Source: an uncultured Candidatus Saccharibacteria bacterium (GTDB lineage Bacteria; Patescibacteriota; Saccharimonadia; Saccharimonadales; AWTP1-31). Taken from it: DNA of 64,000 nt. The stretch spans positions 193,034-257,033 of the forward strand of contig CALCZR010000058.1 of assembly GCA_937903325.1 (NCBI GenBank), given 5' to 3'. Below, one piece after another: positions 26,046 to 35,905 of the stretch (its first letter is position 1; each line of letters opens with the position of its first letter). The translations under genes and the position numbers were made by a program. The notes beneath the pieces were generated by a model. The model did not search any database and was not told the origin of the DNA. It saw only the letters and a program-made list of their open reading frames with translations.

Positions 26046-27155
26046 CTAGTATACCTCTTTCACGTCAGCAGATAGACTACCATCACTCAAGCGTAGTGTC
26101 AGGCTATCCCCTGCTTTTACATCTTTAATAGACAGAACAGGCTGTGCATCTTTTCGGACTAGTGCGTAGCCCCGCTGCAGAATCCTTCGTGGGTCATATC
26201 CATGCAACTGCAGTTCGGCTCGCTGTAGCCACTGTTGCTGCTCATGGATTACATGCTGCACACTACTGCCTGCATTATCTAGCGAACGTACCACGTTAGC
26301 ACGAGTTGACTCTACGATACTAGAGATATATGCCCCAATCGTTCGTAAATCTCCCTGCATCTGCATACTTACTGCCACGCGGTCTGGTACTAGCAATTCA
26401 GCTGCATTACTCGGCGTACTAGCCCTCGCGTCGGCTGCGAGCTCTGCCAGACTCTCATCTATCTCGTGTCCAATAGCCACTAGGGTTGGTGTTCTACTGG
26501 TCGCCACGGCTCGCACCACTTGCTCCGTACTAAACGCAGCGAGGTCGTCTGCACTACCGCCACCGCGGGTCATGACAATAACATCTAGGTCGTTAGTGGC
26601 GTTCAGCCGCTCAATGGCAGAAACGAGTTGCGGAACAGCTAACTCACCTTGCACCTGCGTCTCTGCATGAATAATCTCTACCCCACCCCATCGAGCACCG
26701 AGGACTTTTATAAAGTCGGCATATGCGGCTGATTCCCCTGAAGCTACTAAACCGATGCGCTGCGGCGGAAATGGTAAGCTACGTTTCCGTTCTGGGGCAA
26801 AAAGACCTTCTGCCGTCAGCTTTGCTCGTAGTAGATCTGCGGCTTTCTTGAGAGACCCCTCGCCTACTGGGCGAATACTACGAACGTTAACGGAGAACCC
26901 AAAACTTTGGTGCATCCGTGGTGCACCAGTAACCTGCACTACCATACCATCTTCTAATGGTCCCGGTAGCGAGTAGATGGTGCCAAAGAATCGTACGCTC
27001 GACTGTTCGTCTTTGAGGTCAAAATAGATCCACTTGCCTTTACTAATCTTGAAGTTACTGAGCTCGCCGACAATAGTGACAGATGGGTAGGCATATTCTA
27101 GGGTTTGGTTTAAAACCGCAACAAAATCACTGACCGAGAAGACTGCGTCGTTCAT
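26046..27155 (-). CDS. xseA: exodeoxyribonuclease VII large subunit
   Basis: N-terminal OB fold (VSDFVAVLNQTLE...VTIVGELSNF), central TRGGGS, HEID. Confidence 0.85.
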   Translation of the reverse strand: MNDAVFSVSDFVAVLNQTLEYAYPSVTIVGELSNFKISKGKWIYFDLKDEQSSVRFFGTIYSLPGPLEDGMVVQVTGAPRMHQSFGFSVNVRSIRPVGEGSLKKAADLLRAKLTAEGLFAPERKRSLPFPPQRIGLVASGESAAYADFIKVLGARWGGVEIIHAETQVQGELAVPQLVSAIERLNATNDLDVIVMTRGGGSADDLAAFSTEQVVRAVATSRTPTLVAIGHEIDESLAELAADARASTPSNAAELLVPDRVAVSMQMQGDLRTIGAYISSIVESTRANVVRSLDNAGSSVQHVIHEQQQWLQRAELQLHGYDPRRILQRGYALVRKDAQPVLSIKDVKAGDSLTLRLSDGSLSADVKEVY

Positions 27156-28180
27156 GACACACGGCGTACACGACGTTGGTAAAAGTAGTAACCTGGCACT
27201 AGTTGAATGATCATACTCAGTACTCGGTACATAACTGTTACGGGGATGCTAATCGCTGGTGGGACACCACCAATTGCCAGCACACCAGTCATAAGGGCTT
27301 CGTACACACCTACGCCACTTGGTAGTACCGACAAAAGACCAGCGAAGTTAGCCAGTGCGTACGCTAGGATAACCGCACCAGGATTTACCAGGTGGCCGAA
27401 TGCTAAGTAAACAGTGTAAACGGTCAGGATCTCGGTCATTACCGCAACCAATGACCATACTAATGGCCACTTCAGGACCCGGTAGTCGTTTTTAATAATG
27501 GCGTAGTTCTGGTGCAAGTCTTCAAAGGCATTCTTAGCACGCGCTACGTTAATAGTTTCCGGGTGCTTTGGACGTACGACATGGATTGCTCGGTTAATCG
27601 TCTTTGTTAGGAATCCAAAGAAGGCGTTAATACGCCGCTGACTGCCAATGACAAAGGCCATAGCTATGGTACCCACTACAATTAGAGTAGATATGGAGCC
27701 CCCTGCTAGCAGAACGAAACGATTTACCTGCCCGCTAAAGCTGAGCATGATAAGCGCCACGATCAATGGCACCATGAAGGCTATATACACCAACACAAAC
27801 CTAAACAACTGCACCAGTGATGCCTGCGCCCCACTGACGTTCTTGTCTTTGAGTCGCAGACTAAAGTATGAGAACCCTGACACGCCACCACTGGGGAAAA
27901 CATGGTTAACAAAGTTTAGTTCCAGATTCACCTTGTATAGAAACTTGTATCTAAGGTCCTTACCCAGGATTCTAAATAAATCCCTGTTCTGCCGAGCATA
28001 GGCGTCATAGTTAAGAAGTTGCCAAACAGGCAGAAGGAGTAGCCACCACCACCGTATATGGCCAATAGTCCTAAAGCTCTCGGCAATCTGGTGTCGGATG
28101 GCAAAGACTAATATCAACAATCCTAAGAACGTCGCAACATTCAAGATAACTTTCCATCGAGCTTTGGATTGTTGACTCAT
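27152..28180 (-). CDS. flippase-like/UPF0104 (LPG-synthase TM region) membrane protein
   Basis: 8-10 TM segments; general resemblance to the YbhN/UPF0104 family. Confidence 0.5.
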   Translation of the reverse strand: MSQQSKARWKVILNVATFLGLLILVFAIRHQIAESFRTIGHIRWWWLLLLPVWQLLNYDAYARQNRDLFRILGKDLRYKFLYKVNLELNFVNHVFPSGGVSGFSYFSLRLKDKNVSGAQASLVQLFRFVLVYIAFMVPLIVALIMLSFSGQVNRFVLLAGGSISTLIVVGTIAMAFVIGSQRRINAFFGFLTKTINRAIHVVRPKHPETINVARAKNAFEDLHQNYAIIKNDYRVLKWPLVWSLVAVMTEILTVYTVYLAFGHLVNPGAVILAYALANFAGLLSVLPSGVGVYEALMTGVLAIGGVPPAISIPVTVMYRVLSMIIQLVPGYYFYQRRVRRVS

Positions 28181-28249
28181 TACAGGTCAGTATAATGCAG
28201 ATCACCTAAAGTGGAAAGAGTCCACCTCTGGTAGAAAGTGCTAAAAAGC

Positions 28250-28257
28250 GGTATAAT
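28250..28257 (+). promoter_or_regulatory. GGTATAAT -10-like element, 3 nt before ATG 28261 and 6 nt before ATG 28264
   Basis: read directly on the plus strand. Confidence 0.45.
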
Positions 28258-28260
28258 GCA

Positions 28261-29430
28261 ATGATGCAATCTTTATTAATTCTTGGTCGGCAACCAGCAC
28301 TTGGCCTGGCGGAACTCGAAAGCCGTTTTGGTGCTGACGCGCTTACTCTTGTTGGTCAACAAGCTGCAATCCTAGACAAAGATCCTCAAGAGGTTCCTTT
28401 GCAGCGCCTTGGTGGCAGCATTAAGCTTGCCAAGCTACTCACTGAACTCCCTACGACCAACTGGAATCAACTTATTAGTCTTGTCGAGAAAGCACTTCCA
28501 GAACACCTTGGATACTTGCCCGAAGGCAAGCTCAAGTTTGGTCTCAGCGCCTATGATCTTGGCGTAGATGCCGGCATGGTAAGCCGCAGTACACTTCGAA
28601 TCAAGAAGGTTGTTAAGTCTACTGGGCGTTCCGTACGAGTAGTGCCAAATAACGAACCAGCACTTAATAGTGCGCAGGTACTATACAACCAACTTACCGG
28701 CCCACTCGGCATGGAACTACTTTTAGTACGCAGTGGCGACAAAACCCTTCTGGCTCAAACTGTGACTGAACAAGTTATCGATGCCTACGCCGCCCGTGAC
28801 CAAGGCCGGCCCAAGCGAGATAGCAAAGTTGGCATGCTTCCTCCTAAGCTTGCGCAGATAATCGTTAATCTCAGTAACATTACTAAAGGCACTTTACTGG
28901 ATCCCTTCTGCGGCACAGGGGTAATCTTGCAAGAAAGTCACCTTATGGGACTCAGCGTATACGGCACTGACCTTGAGCAGCGCATGATCGACTACACCAA
29001 TGCCAACTTACAGTGGCTTGAGGAAAAAACGGGTAGTCACGTGCAAGGAACAACCGAGAAAGCAGATGCCACGAACCACCAATGGAAAGAGGCTTCCTTC
29101 GATGCCATCGCCTGCGAAACCTACTTAGGTCGCCCCTTCTCTGCCCAGCCCGACCCTAAGGTGCTCCAAGAAGTCATGCAGGATGTGAACCATATTCATA
29201 AGAAATTCCTCCAGAATGTAGCCCTCCAAACTGCATCAGGATTCCGAATGTGTATTGCTGTTCCAGCTTGGAAGACACCAAGTGGTTTTAAACACCTTAA
29301 AACCCTTGATGTTCTCGAGGAACTGGGGTATAATCGTATTGAATTTGTTCACGCTCGGTCGGAGGATCTTATCTACCACCGCGAAGGCCAAGTGGTCGCC
29401 CGTGAACTTGTAGTACTACAAAAGAAGTGA
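28261..29430 (+). CDS. SAM-dependent RNA/DNA methyltransferase (UPF0020/Trm11-like)
   Basis: motif I LLDPFCGTGVILQES; N-terminal non-catalytic domain. Confidence 0.65.
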   Translation: MMQSLLILGRQPALGLAELESRFGADALTLVGQQAAILDKDPQEVPLQRLGGSIKLAKLLTELPTTNWNQLISLVEKALPEHLGYLPEGKLKFGLSAYDLGVDAGMVSRSTLRIKKVVKSTGRSVRVVPNNEPALNSAQVLYNQLTGPLGMELLLVRSGDKTLLAQTVTEQVIDAYAARDQGRPKRDSKVGMLPPKLAQIIVNLSNITKGTLLDPFCGTGVILQESHLMGLSVYGTDLEQRMIDYTNANLQWLEEKTGSHVQGTTEKADATNHQWKEASFDAIACETYLGRPFSAQPDPKVLQEVMQDVNHIHKKFLQNVALQTASGFRMCIAVPAWKTPSGFKHLKTLDVLEELGYNRIEFVHARSEDLIYHREGQVVARELVVLQKK

Positions 29431-29445
29431 TTAAGGATGTAATAT

Positions 29446-29718
29446 ATGTCACACGTCAAAGCCGGCGGTACCAGTAAAAATAACCGAGATAGTCAAGGAC
29501 AACGTTTAGGCGTTAAGCTATTCGGTGGTCAAAAAGTTAAGCTCGGCGACATCATCGTTCGTCAAGTGGGTCTTACAAAGCGTGCTGGTAAAGGCACCTC
29601 TCTAAGCCGTAACTTCACTATTCATGCAGCCAAAGATGGCATTGTAGCCTTCAAGTCTCGCAAAGTCCGTACCTTCAGCGGCAAGTCAGTACGTCGTACC
29701 GAAGTTACTGTTGAATAA
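29446..29718 (+). CDS. rpmA: 50S ribosomal protein L27
   Basis: SHVKAGGTSKNNRDSQGQRLGVKLFGGQ. Confidence 0.95.
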   Translation: MSHVKAGGTSKNNRDSQGQRLGVKLFGGQKVKLGDIIVRQVGLTKRAGKGTSLSRNFTIHAAKDGIVAFKSRKVRTFSGKSVRRTEVTVE

Positions 29719-29746
29719 TATCGACAGCTCCACTTACAGCTTACTA

Positions 29747-31162
29747 TTACCCAATAACAATGGCGGTCTTGTCATCGCGCTTGCGAGACATATCAACGAG
29801 CTGTACTGAAGCTGCCTCGGGACTTGGCGCCCAATGCAATACACTGCGGATTTCATCATCTCCAAGTATATCGCTACCGTAGTCACCAGTTATACCGTCA
29901 GAACAAAGCATTAGTCGATCATACGCATCAAGCTCAAATGTACCCACCTGCTTGACCTTCGCATTTCGGCCGCGATCACCACCAAGACAGTTATCTAGGT
30001 ATCGTCCCTCGCCTTCATCCTTGCTAATCATCTTTAAGCGACCAGATTGAGTATTGTAAACGTACAAGCGACTATCACCTACTGATGCCCATGTAGCATA
30101 CTCTTTTCCACCTTCATGATGAATCTTTACAACGACAGCCGTTGTAACACCATGGCCTGCCACTTCACTACCTTCACGTAGTGCGTGTCGTAGCGTATCT
30201 TCAATTTGGCGTGAGGGTGCCTTAGGGTCAAGTGACTTCATAATCTCACCAACCTTCTTAGCAGCACCTTGTGAAGCCTCTGAGGCACCACCGTGGCCAC
30301 CGGCACCATCAAATACTCCATATAATCCCTGTTCACGATCTACTAACGAAGCGTCTTCGCCCTTTAATGCCTTTTCAGCAAGTCCTTCACGGAAATATCG
30401 AGGAGGACGTTCTCCGATGTAGTTACCGTTTACATCAACATAGTCTTCACGACGACCGTGAGGCTTAGCAGTAGGCTGTACGTAGTCAGCGGTAACATCA
30501 TCATCAAATGCAGTTTCTGTACCTTTATTCCTTATAGCACCAGTATAAGTGCCGTTTAAAGAACCCTTGTCTAGTACTGCTACACTGTTAGCTTCTGGTA
30601 CAAATAAAATCTCTGCATGATTTCGAGAAACACTTGCATCCCTAGGAGTGACTATATCCTTAGACACATCTCGTCCGACCGTAAGAGGAATACCTGCCTT
30701 AAGGAAGTGCATTTGGGGCTTTCCGTAGGCATCACGAACGGCATCAACTTTTCCTTCTCCGTCGCGCTGCAATAAGACAGCTGCTAGTCCGCTTTCTCCT
30801 GCATTAAAAGCCATGCTTTCTTGCCCTGGTCCATGAGGACCTGCCCAGATAACACCACTAGGGGTCATGCCCTTAGCTTTCTGATAGGAATCACGATCTA
30901 CAATACCGATGGACGTATGCTTACCGACATTTATTTCGAGTACGAGATCGCCCCAAAGTCCGGTAGTTTCTGTAAATTCGTTGCGATCAACGATTGGCTC
31001 TAATTCATCAAGCTTAAATCCTGAACCGTCGCGCACTGGACTCCGCTCAATATTAGGGTTATTACTAGTAATCATGCTTTGCATATTTCGCACTTCAGCA
31101 GCAGATACTCCCCCTGTTAATGATGGGTCGAAGCCTGGATTGCCTGGATTGCCGTGTGCCAT
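29747..31162 (-). CDS. FHA-domain protein fused to a PP2C Ser/Thr phosphatase
   Basis: FHA: TVGRD...VSRNHAEILF...LDKGSLNGTY; PP2C: YGVFDGAGGHGG ... VGDSRLY ... LCSDGI. Confidence 0.75.
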   Translation of the reverse strand: MAHGNPGNPGFDPSLTGGVSAAEVRNMQSMITSNNPNIERSPVRDGSGFKLDELEPIVDRNEFTETTGLWGDLVLEINVGKHTSIGIVDRDSYQKAKGMTPSGVIWAGPHGPGQESMAFNAGESGLAAVLLQRDGEGKVDAVRDAYGKPQMHFLKAGIPLTVGRDVSKDIVTPRDASVSRNHAEILFVPEANSVAVLDKGSLNGTYTGAIRNKGTETAFDDDVTADYVQPTAKPHGRREDYVDVNGNYIGERPPRYFREGLAEKALKGEDASLVDREQGLYGVFDGAGGHGGASEASQGAAKKVGEIMKSLDPKAPSRQIEDTLRHALREGSEVAGHGVTTAVVVKIHHEGGKEYATWASVGDSRLYVYNTQSGRLKMISKDEGEGRYLDNCLGGDRGRNAKVKQVGTFELDAYDRLMLCSDGITGDYGSDILGDDEIRSVLHWAPSPEAASVQLVDMSRKRDDKTAIVIG

Positions 31163-31218
31163 GATTTCTAGTGATCCTTATGTTTAATTAACTGAACATA
31201 TACTAGCATAAGTATTAC

Positions 31219-31248
31219 AAAAAAGCAATAGCGTTATATGCTATTGCT
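31219..31248 (-). terminator. rho-independent terminator after the CheY-like gene
   Basis: 9-bp stem AGCAATAGC/GCTATTGCT, 7-nt loop, U-run on the minus strand. Confidence 0.6.
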
Positions 31249-31272
31249 TTCTGTTTTTGCGTTGTGTATCTA

Positions 31273-31713
31273 TTAAACAGTCAGGTGGTGCTTAATGCGC
31301 TCTACTACATCAGCGATTACAACCTGTGATTTCACGAGGTAGTCATCTGCTCCAAGTTTCTGGGCTCGTTCCTTGTCACTGTCCTGGCTGAGAGCCGTCA
31401 ACATGACAACCTTTACTTTGGCAGTTTCTGGGGTGTTACGGAGGATGTCGAGTACGTCAAAGCCACTTACTTTGGGCATCATGACATCAAGGACGATAAG
31501 GCTTGGCTTGTACTCAAGAGCACCAGCAAGGGCGTCCTCACCATTCGGTACACGCTTTACATCGAAGCCTTCGGCTTGAAGTCGCGTTTGATACACACTG
31601 GCTAGCGCATCGTCGTCCTCAACGAGAAGAATTTTATACTGTTTTGTAGGCGCTGCATTAGTAGTTGGTTCATCCATAGTGCTTATACTAATATATCTAG
31701 CGCTTGGCTGCAA
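31273..31713 (-). CDS. stand-alone CheY-like response regulator (canonical)
   Basis: LLVEDDD, LIVLDVMMP, VVMLTA, DYLVKS all present. Confidence 0.8.
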   Translation of the reverse strand: MQPSARYISISTMDEPTTNAAPTKQYKILLVEDDDALASVYQTRLQAEGFDVKRVPNGEDALAGALEYKPSLIVLDVMMPKVSGFDVLDILRNTPETAKVKVVMLTALSQDSDKERAQKLGADDYLVKSQVVIADVVERIKHHLTV

Positions 31714-31746
31714 CTACTACTAGTGTAAACAAAGGTTATTTGTAAA

Positions 31747-33348
31747 CTATTTCTTGCTGAGACTATCTACAAATCCGAGGAACATTGGGTGCGGAACGTT
31801 TGGTCGAGATAAGAATTCTGGATGGAACTGACTTGCTACGAAGAATGGGTGGTCGATGGCCTCGATCATTTCGACTAGCTGGCCGCTTGGTGACTTACCA
31901 ACCGGCTTAATACCCCATGATTCATATTGGTCAACGTAGTCGTTATTAGCTTCGTAGCGGTGTCGGTGTCGTTCGGTAATCTTAGTCGTCTTATACAGCT
32001 TAGCCGACAGGCTCTGCTTATCTATAACGCAGGGGTAATCACCAAGTCGCATAGTACCTCCAGTGTTTTCCTTGCCCTTTTGGTCGGTCATGGTTGCAAT
32101 CACCAGGTTGCTGCCATTTGGATCAAGTTCCTGTGAGCTGGCGTCAGTTAGTCCAGCATTACGAGCAGCTGCGATAACACCTACCTGCATACCTAAACAA
32201 AGACCGAGATACGGTAGTTTGTGTTTCAGTGCGTACTGAGCAGCCTTGATCTTACCCTCAACACCACGCACACCAAAACCGCCAGGAACCACGATACCGT
32301 CGAGTCCCTTGAGTAGCTCTTCTGGATCTGCATCTTTGCCGAGCTTCTCTGCATCTACCCACTTGATGTCTAGATCTGCCTTGTGAGCCCATCCAGCAGC
32401 CTTTAGTGCCTCGAAGACGCACATGTAAGTATCTTGATTGTCCATGTACTTAGCTACTACGCCAACAGTTAGAACGGGCTTGTTTGGAGCCAAGATAACA
32501 TCTACCATCTTCTTCCAGACCTTCATGTCTGGCTTCTTAGCCTTCAGGCCAAGTCGTTGTACGATGTAATCGCCAATACCTTGCTGTTCTAGCGTGAGCG
32601 GAACTTCATATACCGTTCGGGCATTCGGTAGGATCGCCACACCCGCTTCAGGTACACCACAGAAAGCACTGAGCTTAGCCCTGGTATTACCATTAGTTGG
32701 CACTTCACTACGAGCAACCAGTACATTCGGCACAATACCGATACTTCTGAGGTCTCTGGCAGCGTTCTGTGCAGGTTTAGTCTTGATCTCTTTACTGGTA
32801 GACAGATATGGCATATACACCACCTGGACGTTCAGACTGTTGTCTGAACCGACTTTGTAACCGAGTTCACGAATGGCTTCGAAGAATGCAGGACTTTCGT
32901 AATCACCAACTGTACCACCAATTTCTACAATATGTACGTCAAAGCCTTTAGCAGCCTCTTCGACTACCTTCATGATGGCACTGGTGAAGTGCGGCACGAC
33001 CTGGACGGTCTTACCAAGGAATTTCCCGGCACGTTCATCTTCGATGAGCTGTCGGAGGATACGGCCACTCATGACCGAACTCTTGTTGGTCAGCTGAATA
33101 TTCAGGAATCGTTCGTAGTGACCAAGGTCAAGATCGGTTTCAGCACCATCTTGCGTTACAAAACATTCACCGTGTTCGGCAGGATTAAGTGTCCCGGCAT
33201 CTACGTTCAAATAAGGATCGAGTTTTTGGATGTTTACACTGAGGCCGCGGGCTTGAAGTATATTGCCGATTGAGGCGGCGGTGATACCCTTTCCTAATCC
33301 GGAAAGCACTCCACCTGTAACAAAGATATACTTAGGCTCTTTAGCCAA
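31747..33348 (-). CDS. pyrG: CTP synthase
   Basis: KYIFVTGGVLSGLGKGI N-terminus; GATase GLCLGMQ; 533 aa. Confidence 0.95.
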   Translation of the reverse strand: MAKEPKYIFVTGGVLSGLGKGITAASIGNILQARGLSVNIQKLDPYLNVDAGTLNPAEHGECFVTQDGAETDLDLGHYERFLNIQLTNKSSVMSGRILRQLIEDERAGKFLGKTVQVVPHFTSAIMKVVEEAAKGFDVHIVEIGGTVGDYESPAFFEAIRELGYKVGSDNSLNVQVVYMPYLSTSKEIKTKPAQNAARDLRSIGIVPNVLVARSEVPTNGNTRAKLSAFCGVPEAGVAILPNARTVYEVPLTLEQQGIGDYIVQRLGLKAKKPDMKVWKKMVDVILAPNKPVLTVGVVAKYMDNQDTYMCVFEALKAAGWAHKADLDIKWVDAEKLGKDADPEELLKGLDGIVVPGGFGVRGVEGKIKAAQYALKHKLPYLGLCLGMQVGVIAAARNAGLTDASSQELDPNGSNLVIATMTDQKGKENTGGTMRLGDYPCVIDKQSLSAKLYKTTKITERHRHRYEANNDYVDQYESWGIKPVGKSPSGQLVEMIEAIDHPFFVASQFHPEFLSRPNVPHPMFLGFVDSLSKK

Positions 33349-33419
33349 TGTGACACCCCTCGTTTAATACCTAACGAGTCTATCAGATAATGCCTGATCA
33401 GACAATCGGAAAGTAGATT

Positions 33420-34667
33420 TTACTGCAAATGCTTAATTGCGGCGTCTAACTGTGGATCTTTGTCGTTCTTAATGTCATCCACGGAGCGTTCTACCTTTTC
33501 GTCAGGTGTAATACCTTCCTTGTCGATGTTCTTGCCCTTAGGAGTAAACCAGCGAGCGATTGTTACCTTAAGTAGTCCGCCGTTCTTCAGGGTCTCTGGC
33601 TGTTGCACACTACCCTTACCAAAGCTCTTGGCCCCGATCAGTGTGGCCACCCCGTTATCATGAAGCGCTCCTGCCGTAATTTCGCTGGCACTGGCACTAC
33701 CACCGTCGATAAGCACCACTGTAGGTAGATCTTTAAGCACTGCTTCGCCACTAGACCGGTAGGTCTTAATAGTTGCACCACCACGCTTCTCTTCAAGTAC
33801 TGTCTTGTTAACCATCCAGAGACTTGAGACGCTTACCGCAGAATCAAGATATCCACCCGGGTTACCACGCAGATCCAGTACTACAGACTTCACATTCTTT
33901 TCTTTAAAGGAGTTAGCTGCTTCTCGGGCCAGAGTTGAGGTGTCGTCCCCAAACTGCGAGATCTTAATATAGCCAATATCACCATCAAGCACCTTATACT
34001 CCACACTTGGGATATCTATCTGCGCACGAGTAATGTCAAAGCTGAGGTCTTCTGCGCTGTTACGAATAACTCGTAGCTTCACGACTGTGCCCTTCTGACC
34101 GCGAATCTTGTCTACCGCTTCGTCAACAGTCCAGCCCTTAGTACTCTTACCGTCTACTTCAGCAATTACATCATTAGGCATCAACCCAGCCTTCTTTGCG
34201 GGGAAACCGTCGATCGGCGAAACAATGACTATATTACCAGCGTCGTTCTTGCCGAGCTGTGCGCCAATGCCCTCAAAGGTACCGCTCAGCTGACTCTGAA
34301 ACTCTTTAGCCTTATCAGGGCTCATGTACTCGGTATATGGGTCGCCACTAGCTGCTACAAGCCCTTGTTTGAGGCCGTCCATAAGCTTGGTTTGGTCTAA
34401 TTGACCGTCATAGTTTGCCCGGAGTTCGTCATATACTTGCTCGACTGTGGTGTAGTCAAGGTTAGCTGGAAGGCCCTTCTGAGTACTCTTTAATCCACCA
34501 CCAAGAAGTCGGAAGCCTCCCTGTCCTGTTTGCATGCCAGCAAGGAATATTAGTGCGGCCAGTAGTAGTGCAGCCAGCTTTTGCCTGACACTATATTCTC
34601 TTTGCCCATTAGTAGATTTTTTAGACACAGCAGACCCAAGCTTTGACACACGCCCTCCTCTAACCAT
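33420..34667 (-). CDS. ctpA: S41 C-terminal processing peptidase
   Basis: PDZ segment, LRGNPGG, GGSASASE (Ser) and KSFGKG (Lys). Confidence 0.85.
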   Translation of the reverse strand: MVRGGRVSKLGSAVSKKSTNGQREYSVRQKLAALLLAALIFLAGMQTGQGGFRLLGGGLKSTQKGLPANLDYTTVEQVYDELRANYDGQLDQTKLMDGLKQGLVAASGDPYTEYMSPDKAKEFQSQLSGTFEGIGAQLGKNDAGNIVIVSPIDGFPAKKAGLMPNDVIAEVDGKSTKGWTVDEAVDKIRGQKGTVVKLRVIRNSAEDLSFDITRAQIDIPSVEYKVLDGDIGYIKISQFGDDTSTLAREAANSFKEKNVKSVVLDLRGNPGGYLDSAVSVSSLWMVNKTVLEEKRGGATIKTYRSSGEAVLKDLPTVVLIDGGSASASEITAGALHDNGVATLIGAKSFGKGSVQQPETLKNGGLLKVTIARWFTPKGKNIDKEGITPDEKVERSVDDIKNDKDPQLDAAIKHLQ

Positions 34668-34720
34668 TAGTACATATATTGTACATGAGACTGCTTGTAT
34701 ATACGCCTAAACCGCAATAA

Positions 34721-35896
34721 TTAGAAGCTTCTCGTCTGGTAACTCAATGTACCAGTAAGATACGTATTGTATTCAGAGGTAGTAAACGTACTACCGGAAA
34801 CAGATTCTACATACATTGCATGACCCCAGTATCCTGCAGTGCTAATCGCTACGTCTCCAGGTTGTGGTGAACGAGATACGGTAATACCGCGAGAGTAAGC
34901 TGCAGCTACCCAGTCACGTGCGTTGCCGTAGTACATAGGAGGCGTACGACCTGATGCAAGCACAGCCCATGCGGTGTAGGATACACACTGACGAGTACAG
35001 TAACCCCAAGGGTCAGGACCGTCATTGTCGACACAGCCAGGACCAGGACTCATACCGAAACCCCCACCTGCATACGGGTAACTAGACGGACTAAAGCTGT
35101 TAACTGCACCCGGGAAGCGGAGGAAGTAATACCCACCATCTGGGTTAAAGTTAGCTCGCCTCTGGGAAGCGATTAGACCGTCAATTTTACTTTGGTTGTC
35201 TTTGGTCTTCTGATTAAATTCTGCCTGTTGTCCTTCGTTATATGCAAGAAGGTTTGCTTGCTCTGCTCGACTACTTGCTAGTTGGTCCTGCTGGCTGTGC
35301 TGTTCTTTAAGAAGTGATTCTACACTTTCTTTCTTAGCAGTAAGTTCGAACTTCAGCTTAGTAATCTTATCTAATGTCGTTTTGATCTTACTCTGTACAG
35401 AGTTGCGATACTGTTGCTTGTCGACAAAGTCACTCAGGTTCTTACTGGAAGCAAGCATCTCTAAGGTACTAATTTGCCCTTCGAGATACATGGTCTTAAT
35501 GTTTTCACCGAGGACCTTCTTTTGCTTCACGAGCTCTGCTTCAGCAGCAGTTATTTCAGACTGCAAACGTGCCTGCTCAGCAGTGTTGGCATCTATCTGC
35601 CCCTGCAATGTATCTATCTGAGCCTGGAGCTTGGTAATAGCGTCGTTATAGCTGGTTGCCTGGTTACGTAAGTCTGCAACAGCCTTCTTATTCTGGGCAT
35701 TTTCTTGCTCCAGCGCAGCAATCTGCTCAGATATACTTAACGCTTCGGTATGCAGGCGTGGGATAGCCCCCATCACCAGAACGGCGATAAGCACTAATAC
35801 CCCTGCCGTAGCAAGAGGTCGTGATGTTACTATCTTTTTTAGTTTTTGTTTTAGCATATCCGCTAATAACATACCACTCCTGACCTGAGTTTGCAA
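34721..35896 (-). CDS. PcsB-like peptidoglycan hydrolase (coiled-coil + CHAP domain)
   Basis: N-terminal TM/signal, about 230 aa of heptad-rich Q/A/L sequence, C-terminal CHAP (QCVSYTAWAV ... GHAMYVES). Confidence 0.7.
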   Translation of the reverse strand: MQTQVRSGMLLADMLKQKLKKIVTSRPLATAGVLVLIAVLVMGAIPRLHTEALSISEQIAALEQENAQNKKAVADLRNQATSYNDAITKLQAQIDTLQGQIDANTAEQARLQSEITAAEAELVKQKKVLGENIKTMYLEGQISTLEMLASSKNLSDFVDKQQYRNSVQSKIKTTLDKITKLKFELTAKKESVESLLKEQHSQQDQLASSRAEQANLLAYNEGQQAEFNQKTKDNQSKIDGLIASQRRANFNPDGGYYFLRFPGAVNSFSPSSYPYAGGGFGMSPGPGCVDNDGPDPWGYCTRQCVSYTAWAVLASGRTPPMYYGNARDWVAAAYSRGITVSRSPQPGDVAISTAGYWGHAMYVESVSGSTFTTSEYNTYLTGTLSYQTRSF

Positions 35897-35905
35897 GACG
35901 CTCGC

